From the NCBI GenBank assembly GCA_038245295.1, contig JBBRSP010000034.1, positions 1-64,000 on the forward strand: a stretch of 64,000 bases of DNA, in the 5' to 3' direction. The notes beneath the pieces are model-generated. The model worked only from the letters and a program-made list of their open reading frames with translations. It had not been told where the DNA came from and ran no database searches. Each line of letters opens with the position of its first letter. Position 1 is the first letter of the stretch. The stretch comes from Candidatus Binatia bacterium. Its GTDB lineage: Bacteria; Desulfobacterota; Binatia; HRBIN30. The translations under genes and the position numbers were made by a program. This document shows positions 49,482 to 59,496 of this stretch, piece by piece.

Positions 49482-50102
49482 TCAGTCCTTTTTCTTGTTC
49501 CGTTCGTGCGAGCGTAAACCGCGTTGCCACAGGAACTCGGCTTCGCCGCTCTGCTTCGAGGCCCAGCGTGACAGCACGAAGAACAGATCACTCAATCGGT
49601 TGAGGTAACGCACCGGCCACGGGCCAATCGCCTCTTCTTCATCGCGCCCCAGGCGCAATACGATTCGCTCGGCGCGTCGGCAGACGGTGCGGGCTTGATG
49701 CAGGAAGGCGCTGACCTTCCCGCCGCCCGGCAGGATGAAAGAGTTGAGCGGTTCGAGATCCTGCTGCAATTCGTCCATGATCTCTTCCAGGGCGGTGACG
49801 TCGTTGGCGCCAACCTGGAACATACCTTCGTAGTGCGCGTCGGGCGGGGTCGCGAGCTCGCTGCCGAGATCGAACAATTCGTTCTGCAGACGTGTGAGAA
49901 TGTCCGCCAGTTTGGCGCGGGCCGGCGACTCGGCCTGCTCTTCGTTGAACACGCGTGCCAGCCCGACAATGGAGTTGAGCTCGTCAACGGTGCCGTAGGC
50001 TTCGATGCGCAAATTGTCCTTCGTGACGCGCTTGCCACCTACCAGCGCGGTCTCGCCCTGATCGCCGGTGCGCGTGTATACACGCGTGATACGGATCGCC
50101 AT
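49482..50102 (-). CDS. pduO: ATP:cob(I)alamin adenosyltransferase, PduO type
   Basis: YTRTGDQGET, YGTVDELNS, FILPGG, RTVCRRAER, YLNRLSD. Confidence 0.93.
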   Translation of the reverse strand: MAIRITRVYTRTGDQGETALVGGKRVTKDNLRIEAYGTVDELNSIVGLARVFNEEQAESPARAKLADILTRLQNELFDLGSELATPPDAHYEGMFQVGANDVTALEEIMDELQQDLEPLNSFILPGGGKVSAFLHQARTVCRRAERIVLRLGRDEEEAIGPWPVRYLNRLSDLFFVLSRWASKQSGEAEFLWQRGLRSHERNKKKD

Positions 50103-50226
50103 AAACCCAACCTAGCATCCAGCCTTGAAGAGTGAAGTTTGAAGAGTGAAGGAATGACGGCGGTTCGAAGTTTCACCCTTCACTCTTCGAAGAGACACTT
50201 GCGCGAGTGGTCATAGTGCTGGAAGA

Positions 50227-50721
50227 ATGGCCAACGTGGATGATGAGAGTCGACGCAAACACGCATTCGAGTTGGTGAACACTGCCTACCGGGAACAACT
50301 GTCCGGCAATCTCGAAGAGGCGATCCGTCTTTACGAGGCGTCAATCGCTTGCTGGCCGACAGCGGAGGGGCACAGCTTTCTAGGTTGGTCGCTGAGCGTC
50401 AAAGGCGATCTGGATGCGGCGATCGCCGAATGTAAGAAGGCGATCGATCTCGATCCCGACTTCGGTAACCCATACAACGACATCGGCTCCTACCTGATCC
50501 ATCAGGGCAAGGTCGACGACGCGCTGCCGTGGCTCGAACGCGCCCTGCAGGCCAAGCGCTACGAACCGCGCCACTACCCGCACTGCAACCTCGGTCGCGT
50601 CTACCAGGCCAAAGGGATGCTGATGAAGGCGATCGAGGAATATGAGAAGGCTCTGGCGATCGCTCCCGACTACGAATACGCACGCCAAGCGCTTGCCGAT
50701 TCACGCGCGCAGCTGAACTGA
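50227..50721 (+). CDS. Tetratricopeptide repeat protein
   Basis: Tandem TPRs (AI.ECKKAI.LDPDFGNPYNDIG.YL). Confidence 0.88.
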   Translation: MANVDDESRRKHAFELVNTAYREQLSGNLEEAIRLYEASIACWPTAEGHSFLGWSLSVKGDLDAAIAECKKAIDLDPDFGNPYNDIGSYLIHQGKVDDALPWLERALQAKRYEPRHYPHCNLGRVYQAKGMLMKAIEEYEKALAIAPDYEYARQALADSRAQLN

Positions 50722-50762
50722 AGCGACTCTATGCGTTTTCGCATCCTCGGCTGGCTCCTCTG

Positions 50763-50877
50763 ACGCGCTAGGAAGCCCCAGGATCGACGATCAGAGGCCA
50801 GGACGGCTTACCCTAGCCATACAAACTCAACGTTTTTCGGCGATTTTAAAAGCCAGCCATTGAAATTGCAGGGGTTT
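50763..50877 (+). repeat. 115-nt dispersed intergenic element, copy 2
   Basis: Ungapped match to the reverse complement of 846-960. Confidence 0.85.
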
Positions 50878-50944
50878 TGACGCGCTCGCCGGGTCGGAAA
50901 GCACTGATTGGGCGAAGTGTGCGAGGCTCTGGGGCCAATGTCCG

Positions 50945-52162
50945 CTAATCCGGAGCGCGCCGCTCCGCGGCGCCCCCAGCCTGACGACGTCGAAGCGCTA
51001 CGAACCTACGACAAACCTCGTCAAGCACCGCCGGTTCAACCGCGAAGTGGAAGCGCAGCGAGGACACACCCGCCGGGTCTTCATAGAAGACATCTGCTGG
51101 GACGCCGTTGATGCCGATACGCTCGATCAATTGCAGGGCGGCGTCATAGGGGGCGATCTCGCCTAAGACCGTCCGGTAGTCCGCCAACACGTAGTAGGCG
51201 CCGGCGGGTTTGCTGAACTGGAATCCCGCCTCGGCAAGCGCGGCGCAGAAACGATCGCGCTTCTGCTCATACGCTACACCGAGATCGCTATAGAACGACG
51301 CCGGCAAGTCGCGTAGCGCATTGGCGACGCCACGCTGCAGCGGGCGCGGCGCGCAGACCGTAAGCTGGTCGAACACCCGCCCCGCGGTTTCGACGATGTT
51401 TGCCGGCCCTGCCAGGTAACCGATGCGCCAGCCGGTAATCGAGAAGGTCTTGCTGAAGCTGCCCAATGTAAGCGTGCGGTCCGACAGGCCGGCGACGGTT
51501 GCCGGCGAGACGTGGTGCCGGCCGTCGAAACACATGTACTCGTACACCTCATCGGTAAAAACGAGGACACCAGTGCCGGCCACGACGCGAGCGATCTCCT
51601 GCAGCTCGGAGGAGCTGAACACCTTGCCGCTCGGATTGCCCGGCGTGTTGATGATGACGGCGCGCGTCCGTTCGTTCATGGCGGCGCGCAGCGCGGCGAT
51701 GTCGAGATCGAGCCCAGGCCCACGCAGTGGCACACACACCGGCCGGCAGCCGAGCAGGATCAGAGTCGAACGATGATACGAGTAGAAGGGCTCGAACAGA
51801 ATTACCTCGTCGCCCGGCTCGCAAACCGCCAGCACCGCCGCCGTGAAGGCGCCCGAGGAGCCGGTCGTCACCAAGACCTGATCGTCGTTGAGATCGAGTC
51901 CGTTGAAAGCACGCAGCTTGCGACGAATCTCTGTTTTCAGCTCGGGGATGCCGGAATAGTGCGTGTACGTCTGGCGCTCGGTACCGCCGGCAATCGATTG
52001 CACGGCGCCATCCACCAGCGGGGTCGGCAGGGCCAGGTCGCAGACCCCTTGGCCTAGATTGATTCCACCCGGCACGCGGCTGATGACCTCGGTGAGCGCC
52101 CGCAGAGCATTGTCGCCGCGCAAGTGGGCGCATCGCGACGCGAGCGTGTCCGTTGCTTTCAT
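50945..52162 (-). CDS. Class I/II PLP-dependent aminotransferase
   Basis: INLGQG, NTPGNPSGK, DEVYE, SFSKTFSITGWRIGY; start taken as ATG 52162. Confidence 0.92.
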   Translation of the reverse strand: MKATDTLASRCAHLRGDNALRALTEVISRVPGGINLGQGVCDLALPTPLVDGAVQSIAGGTERQTYTHYSGIPELKTEIRRKLRAFNGLDLNDDQVLVTTGSSGAFTAAVLAVCEPGDEVILFEPFYSYHRSTLILLGCRPVCVPLRGPGLDLDIAALRAAMNERTRAVIINTPGNPSGKVFSSSELQEIARVVAGTGVLVFTDEVYEYMCFDGRHHVSPATVAGLSDRTLTLGSFSKTFSITGWRIGYLAGPANIVETAGRVFDQLTVCAPRPLQRGVANALRDLPASFYSDLGVAYEQKRDRFCAALAEAGFQFSKPAGAYYVLADYRTVLGEIAPYDAALQLIERIGINGVPADVFYEDPAGVSSLRFHFAVEPAVLDEVCRRFVALRRRQAGGAAERRAPD

Positions 52163-52856
52163 CTCGGAGCTTCGAATGTCCGTCTTTCTCCGCCCAGTCA
52201 ACCGCGCCAAGCCTAGTCAAAAAGGGGGACAGGACTACTTCTTGTCCGACGTGCCGACCGCGGCGGTTTGGGCGCTTGGGGACGCGTATACAATTCGAAC
52301 AAATCTCCCCTGAAGAACTACCCTGACTCGTCGCCTACTTCATCTCCTCGTCGTTTGTCGCGGAACGCGGTGGTCGACTCAAACGCGAATTGCGCGAATA
52401 GTTCACGCGTCCCCTAATCGTCCTCTAGGCGGTAGACGGTAGTCGGCAGTCTAAAGCTCGGGCCAGACGATAGCTGACCACGACCTTCTATCACGCGCCG
52501 ACTGGCGTTTGTTTGTCTACCATCGGTGCGCATCACTCCCCCAAAATCAAATCGCCCGCCGCCTGATGGCTGGATTGCAAAGGTCAGCGACGACGAAGGC
52601 GTCTCGGTCCAGCCGCCGCGGACCGTCACATCCGACTTCCTTCGGACACTCGACGTCGCTCGTACCCCGACTCCGTTGCTTTGATCGAGAATCGCGAGAA
52701 TCACAACTACACGTCCCCATTGCCCCATACGGTTTGCCGTTGCACCCGGAACTCGCGACCCCCAAAAGCGCGCAGAATCAAGGTGGGTACCCCGCTCATG
52801 CTGGGCGCGTCGAAGCATCAGGTGGTTTTTGCCGGACTGTTAGGCGCGAGGCGCGA

Positions 52857-55001
52857 TCAGCCGCCACCGCAGCCGTATACTCCGTTGTGTACTCCCTGAA
52901 TGATCGTCGCAACGTCGAGCCCCGCGACGGCAAAGCACGGGCACGTCGAGCCTTGTGCATTGCCGACGGCGGCGTTCACGAGAGTGATGATCTCGTCGAT
53001 GGAGACGTTGCCGTCTCCGTCGCAGTCACCAACGCACCTGCCGGAGGGGTCAAAGATCTCGGCCGTAGCAAGGTCATTGAATCCTCCCCCGGCAACCAAG
53101 ACTCTACCGTCACCCAGGAATGTGGCCGTATGTTGTCCTCGCGCGTTTGCCATCAATCCGGCGCCCGTCCATGAGTTGCTGGCCGCGACATACGATTCAG
53201 CGCTGCTGAGAACCACGTTGTTGTAATACACATAGGTGATCTCTCCAGGAACAATATTCACCACGTACACATCGAACCCACCCGCAACGAGAATTCTCCC
53301 GTCAAACAGAAGAGTGGCGGTATGGTTCTTCCGAGCGACACTCATCGGAGCAGCAGGGCTCCAGATGCCAAGGGTGGGGTCATATAGTTCGGCGGTAGCA
53401 ACACTTGCGAAGTCGATGTTCATCGAACCACCCGCAACAAGTACAACACCGCTCGGCAGCAACGTGGCGGTGTGCTGCCACCTGTTGGCGACCATCTGCC
53501 CAGCAACACTCCATGAATTGGTGGTAGCGTCGTACAGTTCAGCGCCACCGAGCTCGCCAACGTTTGCGATCCCCCCAACGACGAGGACGTCTCCGTTTGA
53601 AAGCGACGTTGCCGTGTGTTGGTAGTGCGCCGTGGACATCGAAGTCGTTGGCGTCCACGTATTGGTCGTCGGGTGATAGACCTCGACATTGTCGAGAAGC
53701 CGACCGTGATTCTCCCCCCCAGCCACTAGTACGCTGCCGTCGGTTAGAGCCGTGGCCGTATGACTCTCGCGTCGGAAAGTCATCGGGGCAGCAATGCTCC
53801 ACGTGTTCAGGCCAGGGTCGTATAGTTCGGCATCGTTGAGAGCGAACCCTCCATTGTTGTCTCGGTTAATACCCCCGGTAACAAGGACTCGGCCATCTTT
53901 GAGCAACGTCGCCGTGTGGCTACGGCGTTTGGTGATCATTGAGGCAGCAGTGGTCCACGTATCAGTGGTCGGGTCGAACAGTTCGGCACTGTTCAAGGTT
54001 TCCGTCTTGTCGTCGCCCCCGGCGACAAGCACTCTCCCATCTGCAAGTACCGTCGCCGTGTGCAGGATGCGTTGAGCCGCCATGGAGGCCACGGCGGTCC
54101 ATGCGCCATGCCCGTTGCAACGAAGGGCGGCCGTGGGAGTCGCGATCGGCGTGAGGCCGGGTGTCGGCGTTGCACGCGCATTGTCGCAGACCATCGGGTC
54201 GCCTGGACGGCAGTAGCCGCTCTTGCAGTTCGCGTCGCTTCCACAGCGCAGCCCAACACCACGTTTGTCGGTACAGACACCGAGTCTCCCCGGAACACTG
54301 CACGACTGATAGGTGGGACACGAGTGGACGTCGCAACACACACTGTCGACGCAGAAGCGTGAAGTGCAGTTTTGGTCGAGCTGGCAGACGCCACCATCTG
54401 GAGCTGGGGGCGGCGTTCGTGTCGGAATTCGCGTCGGCGTGGTTGTTGGCGGGCAGTCCACCTGGATGGGGGCACGACATATGCCGGTCTCTGCTCCAAG
54501 TCTGCAGTCCGCGTCGTCGACGCAGCCAAAATCAGCGTAGGGACCACCGTCGCAGAGCTTCCCGGTAGCGGCGCAATCTTCGTTCGCACACTGATCGTTA
54601 CGCAGGCAGGGAAAACTTTTGTACGGTCCGCTCAGGCAGATTTTGTAAGCACCGATGCAGTTGATGCCGGCGCTGCACGCGCCGGCGCCACCCGTTGCGG
54701 TGCATGTCTCACCCGCGAAAGTGCCGCCGTCACAGCTTCCATTCAACCCGCAGCTGCCACCAGGGCAGTCGCAATTAAAACTGTCGAACTCGCCGCCGTC
54801 GCAAACGCCTTGTATCAGCACACAAACGCCGGAGTGGTTCGGGGAGCTCGCGCAACAATCGCCGTCACCTGCCGAGCAGGCCTGCCCGTCGCGGGGGCCC
54901 GCCGAGCAAATGAAATCCTGCGACCACCCCGTCGAAGGCGCGAGAAGGCAGAGCGCTGCCGCGATGGCGATTGCCACCGGAGTTGATCCCCGTGTTTCCA
55001 T
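52857..55001 (-). CDS. Secreted Cys-rich / seven-Kelch-repeat protein with C-terminal dockerin-like domain
   Basis: ATG 55001 after GGAGG; signal peptide; seven W....M...R..HTAT.L..G.VLV.GG repeats; CVGDCDGDGNVSIDEII. Confidence 0.88.
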   Translation of the reverse strand: METRGSTPVAIAIAAALCLLAPSTGWSQDFICSAGPRDGQACSAGDGDCCASSPNHSGVCVLIQGVCDGGEFDSFNCDCPGGSCGLNGSCDGGTFAGETCTATGGAGACSAGINCIGAYKICLSGPYKSFPCLRNDQCANEDCAATGKLCDGGPYADFGCVDDADCRLGAETGICRAPIQVDCPPTTTPTRIPTRTPPPAPDGGVCQLDQNCTSRFCVDSVCCDVHSCPTYQSCSVPGRLGVCTDKRGVGLRCGSDANCKSGYCRPGDPMVCDNARATPTPGLTPIATPTAALRCNGHGAWTAVASMAAQRILHTATVLADGRVLVAGGDDKTETLNSAELFDPTTDTWTTAASMITKRRSHTATLLKDGRVLVTGGINRDNNGGFALNDAELYDPGLNTWSIAAPMTFRRESHTATALTDGSVLVAGGENHGRLLDNVEVYHPTTNTWTPTTSMSTAHYQHTATSLSNGDVLVVGGIANVGELGGAELYDATTNSWSVAGQMVANRWQHTATLLPSGVVLVAGGSMNIDFASVATAELYDPTLGIWSPAAPMSVARKNHTATLLFDGRILVAGGFDVYVVNIVPGEITYVYYNNVVLSSAESYVAASNSWTGAGLMANARGQHTATFLGDGRVLVAGGGFNDLATAEIFDPSGRCVGDCDGDGNVSIDEIITLVNAAVGNAQGSTCPCFAVAGLDVATIIQGVHNGVYGCGGG

Positions 55002-55135
55002 GGTGCCTCCCGCAGTGCGGATATCGCGTCTGGAAGAGTTCTGCGACCAACTATTCCGACCCAGGGACGGCCGCGGGTAGGGGGCAAAGAAGGACACCCA
55101 CCCCGCGTCGAAGGCAACGCAATCCCACGGAGGGG

Positions 55136-55294
55136 GTGAAGCTTCGTAGACACCCATAGGCTGCCGCCCGAGCTGGCCACACGATGCATGCATGGAAGCC
55201 ATCCAGGGGAGTCAGTGAAGCTTCGTAGACACCCATAGGCTGCCGCCCGAGCTGGCCACACGATGCATGCATGGAAGCCATCCAGGGGAGTCAG
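55136..55294. repeat. Exact 79-bp tandem duplication
   Basis: GTGAAGCTTCGTAGACACCCAT...GGGGAGTCA starts at 55136 and again at 55215. Confidence 0.92.
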
Positions 55295-55450
55295 GGCGTG
55301 GGCTCACACTGAGTACATCCAGGCTCGGGTGTCGTGTTTACGGGCTGGCGATCGGTTGGCACGGCGACGCTGGCGCGGCGGCACGCTGATTGCACAAGAC
55401 GAGCGAACCGAGCCGAGAGCCTTCGGTTTTCATACTGTTGTCGGGTGCCC

Positions 55451-56422
55451 ATGCCAACGCCGCGAAACCAACTCGTCGATACTGCCGTTGCCGCCTATTA
55501 CCACTGCATCAACCGCGTGGTGCGGCGCGCCTTCCTGTTCGGCGACGACCTCGCCACCGGCAGAAACTTCGATCACCGCCGGGGGTGGATCGTCGAGCGC
55601 ATGGAGTACCTGGTCGACAGCTTCGCCATCGACGTGTGTTCCTACGGCCTGATGAGCAACCACTTCCACCTGGTGCTGCACGTCGACAGCCGGCGCGTTC
55701 TCGGCTGGGATGATGAGGAGGTGGCAAGGCGCTACGAGGGGTTGTTCGGCTTCACCGTCGGCGAGGCACGCCAGATGCCCGCCGAGACGTGGAAGCGCAA
55801 GCTCGGTTTATGGCGCGAGCGCCTCGGCGACCTCAGTTGGTTCATGCGCTGCCTGAACGAGTCGATTGCCCGGCGCGCCAACCGCGAAGACAACTGCACG
55901 GGGCGCTTCTGGGAGGGTCGCTTCCGCTCCCAGGCCCTGCTCGACCCGGGTGCGTTGCTTACGTGTATGACCTACGTCGACCTCAACCCCGTACGCGCCG
56001 GCCTCGCCGCGCAGCCGGAGGACGCGTGGTTCACCTCGATCCGCGAGCGGCTGCTGCATGCGGCGCAGCCGCGCCAGGACAAGGCACCTCGTCTGATGCC
56101 ATTTGCCGACCAAGCCGCTGACGAGGGGCGCGAGACGCTGCCGGTCGACTTCGCCGACTACGTCGAGATCGTACGATTTGCGGCCGAGGCGGTGCGCCAG
56201 AGCCACGAAGAGGAAGTCTTCGTTCCACCGGCGATCGCCGCCAAGCTGGAGCGGCACGGCCTCGAGAGCGCCCGTTTCATCGAGATATTGCGTAACTATC
56301 CCAGGAGCTTCTTCACGATGGTTGGGCACGCCCATCGCATCGACACCGAGCGCACGCGCCGCGGCCACAAACGCGCCCCGGGAATCGTCGCGGCGCGCCG
56401 CATGTACCGCAACACCGGATAA
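55451..56422 (+). mobile_element. HUH/Y1 transposase, RAYT-like (long form, 323 aa)
   Basis: YYHC..R.VRRAFL.G.D, Y.LMSNHFHLVL (HUH), IARRAN.ED.CTGRFWEGRF.SQ.L, YVDLNPVRAG. Confidence 0.9.
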
Positions 56423-56959
56423 GCAGGGCAGGGGCGTCCCCAGACCGTCCCTGAGACCCGCAATAACAATCTCGCAACCTGCGCCTTCGGCGCATCGACG
56501 GAGCCTTGCCTCCGCCCAGCAACTTTCGCCCGCCAACTGCGTCCTGCCGCGATTTTCGAGCTCGAACACCCGCTACCAAGCGACCAACCGGCCGCGCCTC
56601 TGTCGGAGTGCCTGGCGACATTGACGTCCAAGGCGTCTAGCGACCGGGAGTAGTGGGCTGCGCGGGCCAAGAAGGCGCGGGCCAAGGATGGGTGTCTCTA
56701 CGCCTGTCCCAATCTGCGAAGCCGGCCTGCCGGCCTCCCAGATCGCCCGGCACCTAGGCATCGACGCATCGACGATCCGTCGCAACGCCGCTCCAGGCCA
56801 ACAAGCCCTCGCCGAGCTCGGCTGCCTGCCGCATGATCTGTTGCCGGTAATGGCGGCTCAAGGCTGATATCCTCCGCTCAAAATCCACACTTCCTTCTTG
56901 CGTCAGAGCCTTCTTGGCGCGGTCCGGCCCCACTTCCGCCGCCACGACAACTGCGCCGG

Positions 56960-59452
56960 CTACGGTTGCGTCGTGCGGCCGCCGACGCGGGTTGCCGTGT
57001 TGCGAAGCAGGTTGGTGTAGACCGCTTCCCAGCACGTGTCGTCCGAGCTGACCAACTGCACGGTGAGCGGCGCGGTCAGCGGCAGGGCAGGGACGGGCAG
57101 CTTGGCGTCGCTGCCGTTGATGGCAATGCTGCCGACTCCCTTCTGACTGGTCAGTGCGATCCGCCGCACTCCATCGTGCAGCAAGGCTGGATCACGATAC
57201 ACGTAGCCGCGCGCGCTTGTGCGCCAACAGGGGCGGCCCGGCGTGCACGTACCTCCTGGCGGCACCATCATCCCCATTTGCACGCGCCTGCTGTCGTAAA
57301 CGCAGAGCGTAAATCCCGTCGTGCTCAGCGGCGCGCCGAAGTCGCCGATTTCGCTCTTGCCGCGCGTCCACTTCCACGAAAGGGAGTCATGGTAGGACGG
57401 GCCGTTGCGTAGCAAGAGAGTCGAGCGATGGGCGCTGCGGCAACCAGGGCGCGGCTGACTGTTGCAGAGGGCCAGAGCAGCCACGGCCGTCGATGTCGCT
57501 GTTGGTATCTGCGTCGACGCGAGCGGCGTCGGCGTGATGGTGCGTGTTGCCGTTGCCGTGCGTGTCGGCGTCGCGGCGACCGGAGACGCCGGGATCGTGT
57601 GGCTGGGTGTCGGCGTTGTGGTTGCCGTCGGCGCGGCCGCTCCCGTGCCGGTTGCCAGGTCAAATGCGTTGATGTTGATCGTATCTTCGCTGCCGGTAAA
57701 CCCTTCGCCGCCGGCAAACGCGTCGACATTGAAATCGAGATCGACGTCGTCGGCCGTTCCGAAGATGCCGTCGTTGCCGACGCCGGCGAGCCCGGCGGCG
57801 TTCGTTCCTTTGTCCATCAGGCTCGGCAGCGCGTTTGTCCCGTCGGTGTGGAAGCTGCCGAACAAGTGTCCCGCCTCATGACTCGCCGCGTTCCCTAGGA
57901 CCATGCCGACGAGATGGACCATGTCGGTCGATGCGTCGATCGGCACGTTGTTCAATGAGTTCGATTGGCCCGCCGCCGCGCTGAGAACGTCCAACAACAC
58001 GACCCCCGTTTCGCTCGACGCGAAATTCCCAACGTCGATGGAGTCAGAGATGCCGACCGTGCTCACACCCAATTCCCTGATGCTGCCGCCGACGACGATA
58101 CGCGTCACATTCGGCAGGCCCCAGGGATCAGCATCATAGCGACTGTTGCGGATGTCGACGGCGAACTGGCCGGCGATCCCCGAAGTGGCGAAGTCGCCAT
58201 TGTTCCCTGCAGCGGCGATGTCGTCGAAGTTCTCGCGCACCGCATCGACCACGGCGTCGATAACGCTGTCCTCGTCGCTGGCAACGAGGCCCCAGTTGCC
58301 AAGAAACGCCGCAAGCGGCGACAAGGTGGGCATCCCACTGCCGCCAAACTTGCTGGCGTCGACGGTTGCTCCGTCGAAGTCGAGGAATAGAATTTGACGC
58401 GTGCCCTGCGATTGGGATTCCATCGGCGTTCGAAAAACACGCAGCTGCAATCCATAGGCTCCGCTGTCGCCGGCAACGCGGATCGTGTAGCGACCGCTTG
58501 TGGCAACGACCCACGACAACGCCGCGTCTACCCCTCCGGGCAACGGCGACACATCCGGATAGATTGCTGTGAGGTCGCTCACGGCGCCGATCAACTCGCT
58601 GCCGCTGGCATCGCGCAGCGACAGTCTTGGCGTGGCACCCGCAACAGCGGCGCCGAAGATATCGCCGGCTTGAAGATCGAAGCTGAAGAAGTCGCGATCG
58701 GCACTGTCGAGCCCGATCTTGATGGCGTAGCTGCCGACACTGGCGATGCCGACGCCGCTCGCCGGGTCAAACGGATCGGTCTGGAAACCGCGGCCGAAGC
58801 CCCGCACAACGACGAAATAGGTATCGCTCATGGGCGCGCTATACTCGAGGAAGCTGTCGCTGGTTCCACCGCTGCTGTCATCGTCATTCTTTGCCAGCAG
58901 AACCCCGGTGCTGTTGTAGAGGCCGACGTAGGAATCGAGCCCGCTGCCGAGAACCTTCGCGTCGATATCGGCAGTGATCGTCTGGCCGCTCACGGCGACG
59001 ATGCTGTAGAAGTCATAGTCTCCCGAGGTGGCGGCGTATGGGCCGTCGCCGATGACTCCGGCGGCAACGACAGTTTGGCCCGCCGCCAACCCCGTGGCGG
59101 TTGCAGCGACGATGCTGCCGTCCTCTTCCCCGGCGGTCAGAGCGGTCGGTGAAGCGGCAATCAACGCTGCGGTAACATCGACGCTGGCGTCGCTGCCTGG
59201 AAGCAGGCCCAACGTGAGAAGATTCGCGCCTGCCTGTGTGTTGTTCGGCTCGACTTCCGCGACGGTGCTGGAAATGCGGCGTGCGGCGCGCACCGGCTGG
59301 CCTGTGACGGCCGGACGCGTTGGCAGACGACAAAGGGGAGGGGAGTCGGCCTCTGGGGTGACGTTGTCGCCAGCCTTGCTCGGCGCCGGACACAACAGGC
59401 ATGCGAGCAGACCGAAGAGAAGAAGCAGCCGTGCGGCCGAGGCGTGGTGCAT
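56960..59452 (-). CDS. Secreted zinc metalloprotease with PPC-like domains, Thr/Pro linker and Cys-containing C-terminal domain
   Basis: Signal peptide; EVEPNN; DYDFY/DSY..L/NDD PPC-like repeats; LFLDFDG; HEAGHLFGSFH plus SLM Met-turn. Confidence 0.85.
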   Translation of the reverse strand: MHHASAARLLLLFGLLACLLCPAPSKAGDNVTPEADSPPLCRLPTRPAVTGQPVRAARRISSTVAEVEPNNTQAGANLLTLGLLPGSDASVDVTAALIAASPTALTAGEEDGSIVAATATGLAAGQTVVAAGVIGDGPYAATSGDYDFYSIVAVSGQTITADIDAKVLGSGLDSYVGLYNSTGVLLAKNDDDSSGGTSDSFLEYSAPMSDTYFVVVRGFGRGFQTDPFDPASGVGIASVGSYAIKIGLDSADRDFFSFDLQAGDIFGAAVAGATPRLSLRDASGSELIGAVSDLTAIYPDVSPLPGGVDAALSWVVATSGRYTIRVAGDSGAYGLQLRVFRTPMESQSQGTRQILFLDFDGATVDASKFGGSGMPTLSPLAAFLGNWGLVASDEDSVIDAVVDAVRENFDDIAAAGNNGDFATSGIAGQFAVDIRNSRYDADPWGLPNVTRIVVGGSIRELGVSTVGISDSIDVGNFASSETGVVLLDVLSAAAGQSNSLNNVPIDASTDMVHLVGMVLGNAASHEAGHLFGSFHTDGTNALPSLMDKGTNAAGLAGVGNDGIFGTADDVDLDFNVDAFAGGEGFTGSEDTININAFDLATGTGAAAPTATTTPTPSHTIPASPVAATPTRTATATRTITPTPLASTQIPTATSTAVAALALCNSQPRPGCRSAHRSTLLLRNGPSYHDSLSWKWTRGKSEIGDFGAPLSTTGFTLCVYDSRRVQMGMMVPPGGTCTPGRPCWRTSARGYVYRDPALLHDGVRRIALTSQKGVGSIAINGSDAKLPVPALPLTAPLTVQLVSSDDTCWEAVYTNLLRNTATRVGGRTTQP

Positions 59453-59458
59453 GAGGCG

Positions 59459-59490
59459 GAGACCCGGGCAAGTCGACCTGCCCGGGTCTC
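59459..59490. other. Intra-operon GC-rich hairpin
   Basis: GAGACCCGGGCA-N8-TGCCCGGGTCTC, perfect 12-bp stem 6 nt upstream of ATG 59452. Confidence 0.65.
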
Positions 59491-59496
59491 GTGTTC

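Noticed and set aside
50103..50226. Cobalamin riboswitch upstream of the adenosyltransferase
   Set aside because: Only 124 bp shared with a divergent gene; no B12-box motif seen
52260..52850. ORFs 52414..52818 and 52509..53174
   Set aside because: No motifs or clear RBS, partly overlapping the Kelch gene; left as unexplained intergenic DNA
55051..55281. Duplicated MASMHASCGQLG peptide ORFs and the long N-terminal extension of the Kelch ORF
   Set aside because: By-products of the 79-bp tandem duplication; the real start with RBS and signal peptide is at 55001
56754..57035. Short minus-strand ORF, possible gene remnant beside the transposase
   Set aside because: Overlaps the protease 3' end and has no recognisable homology by eye
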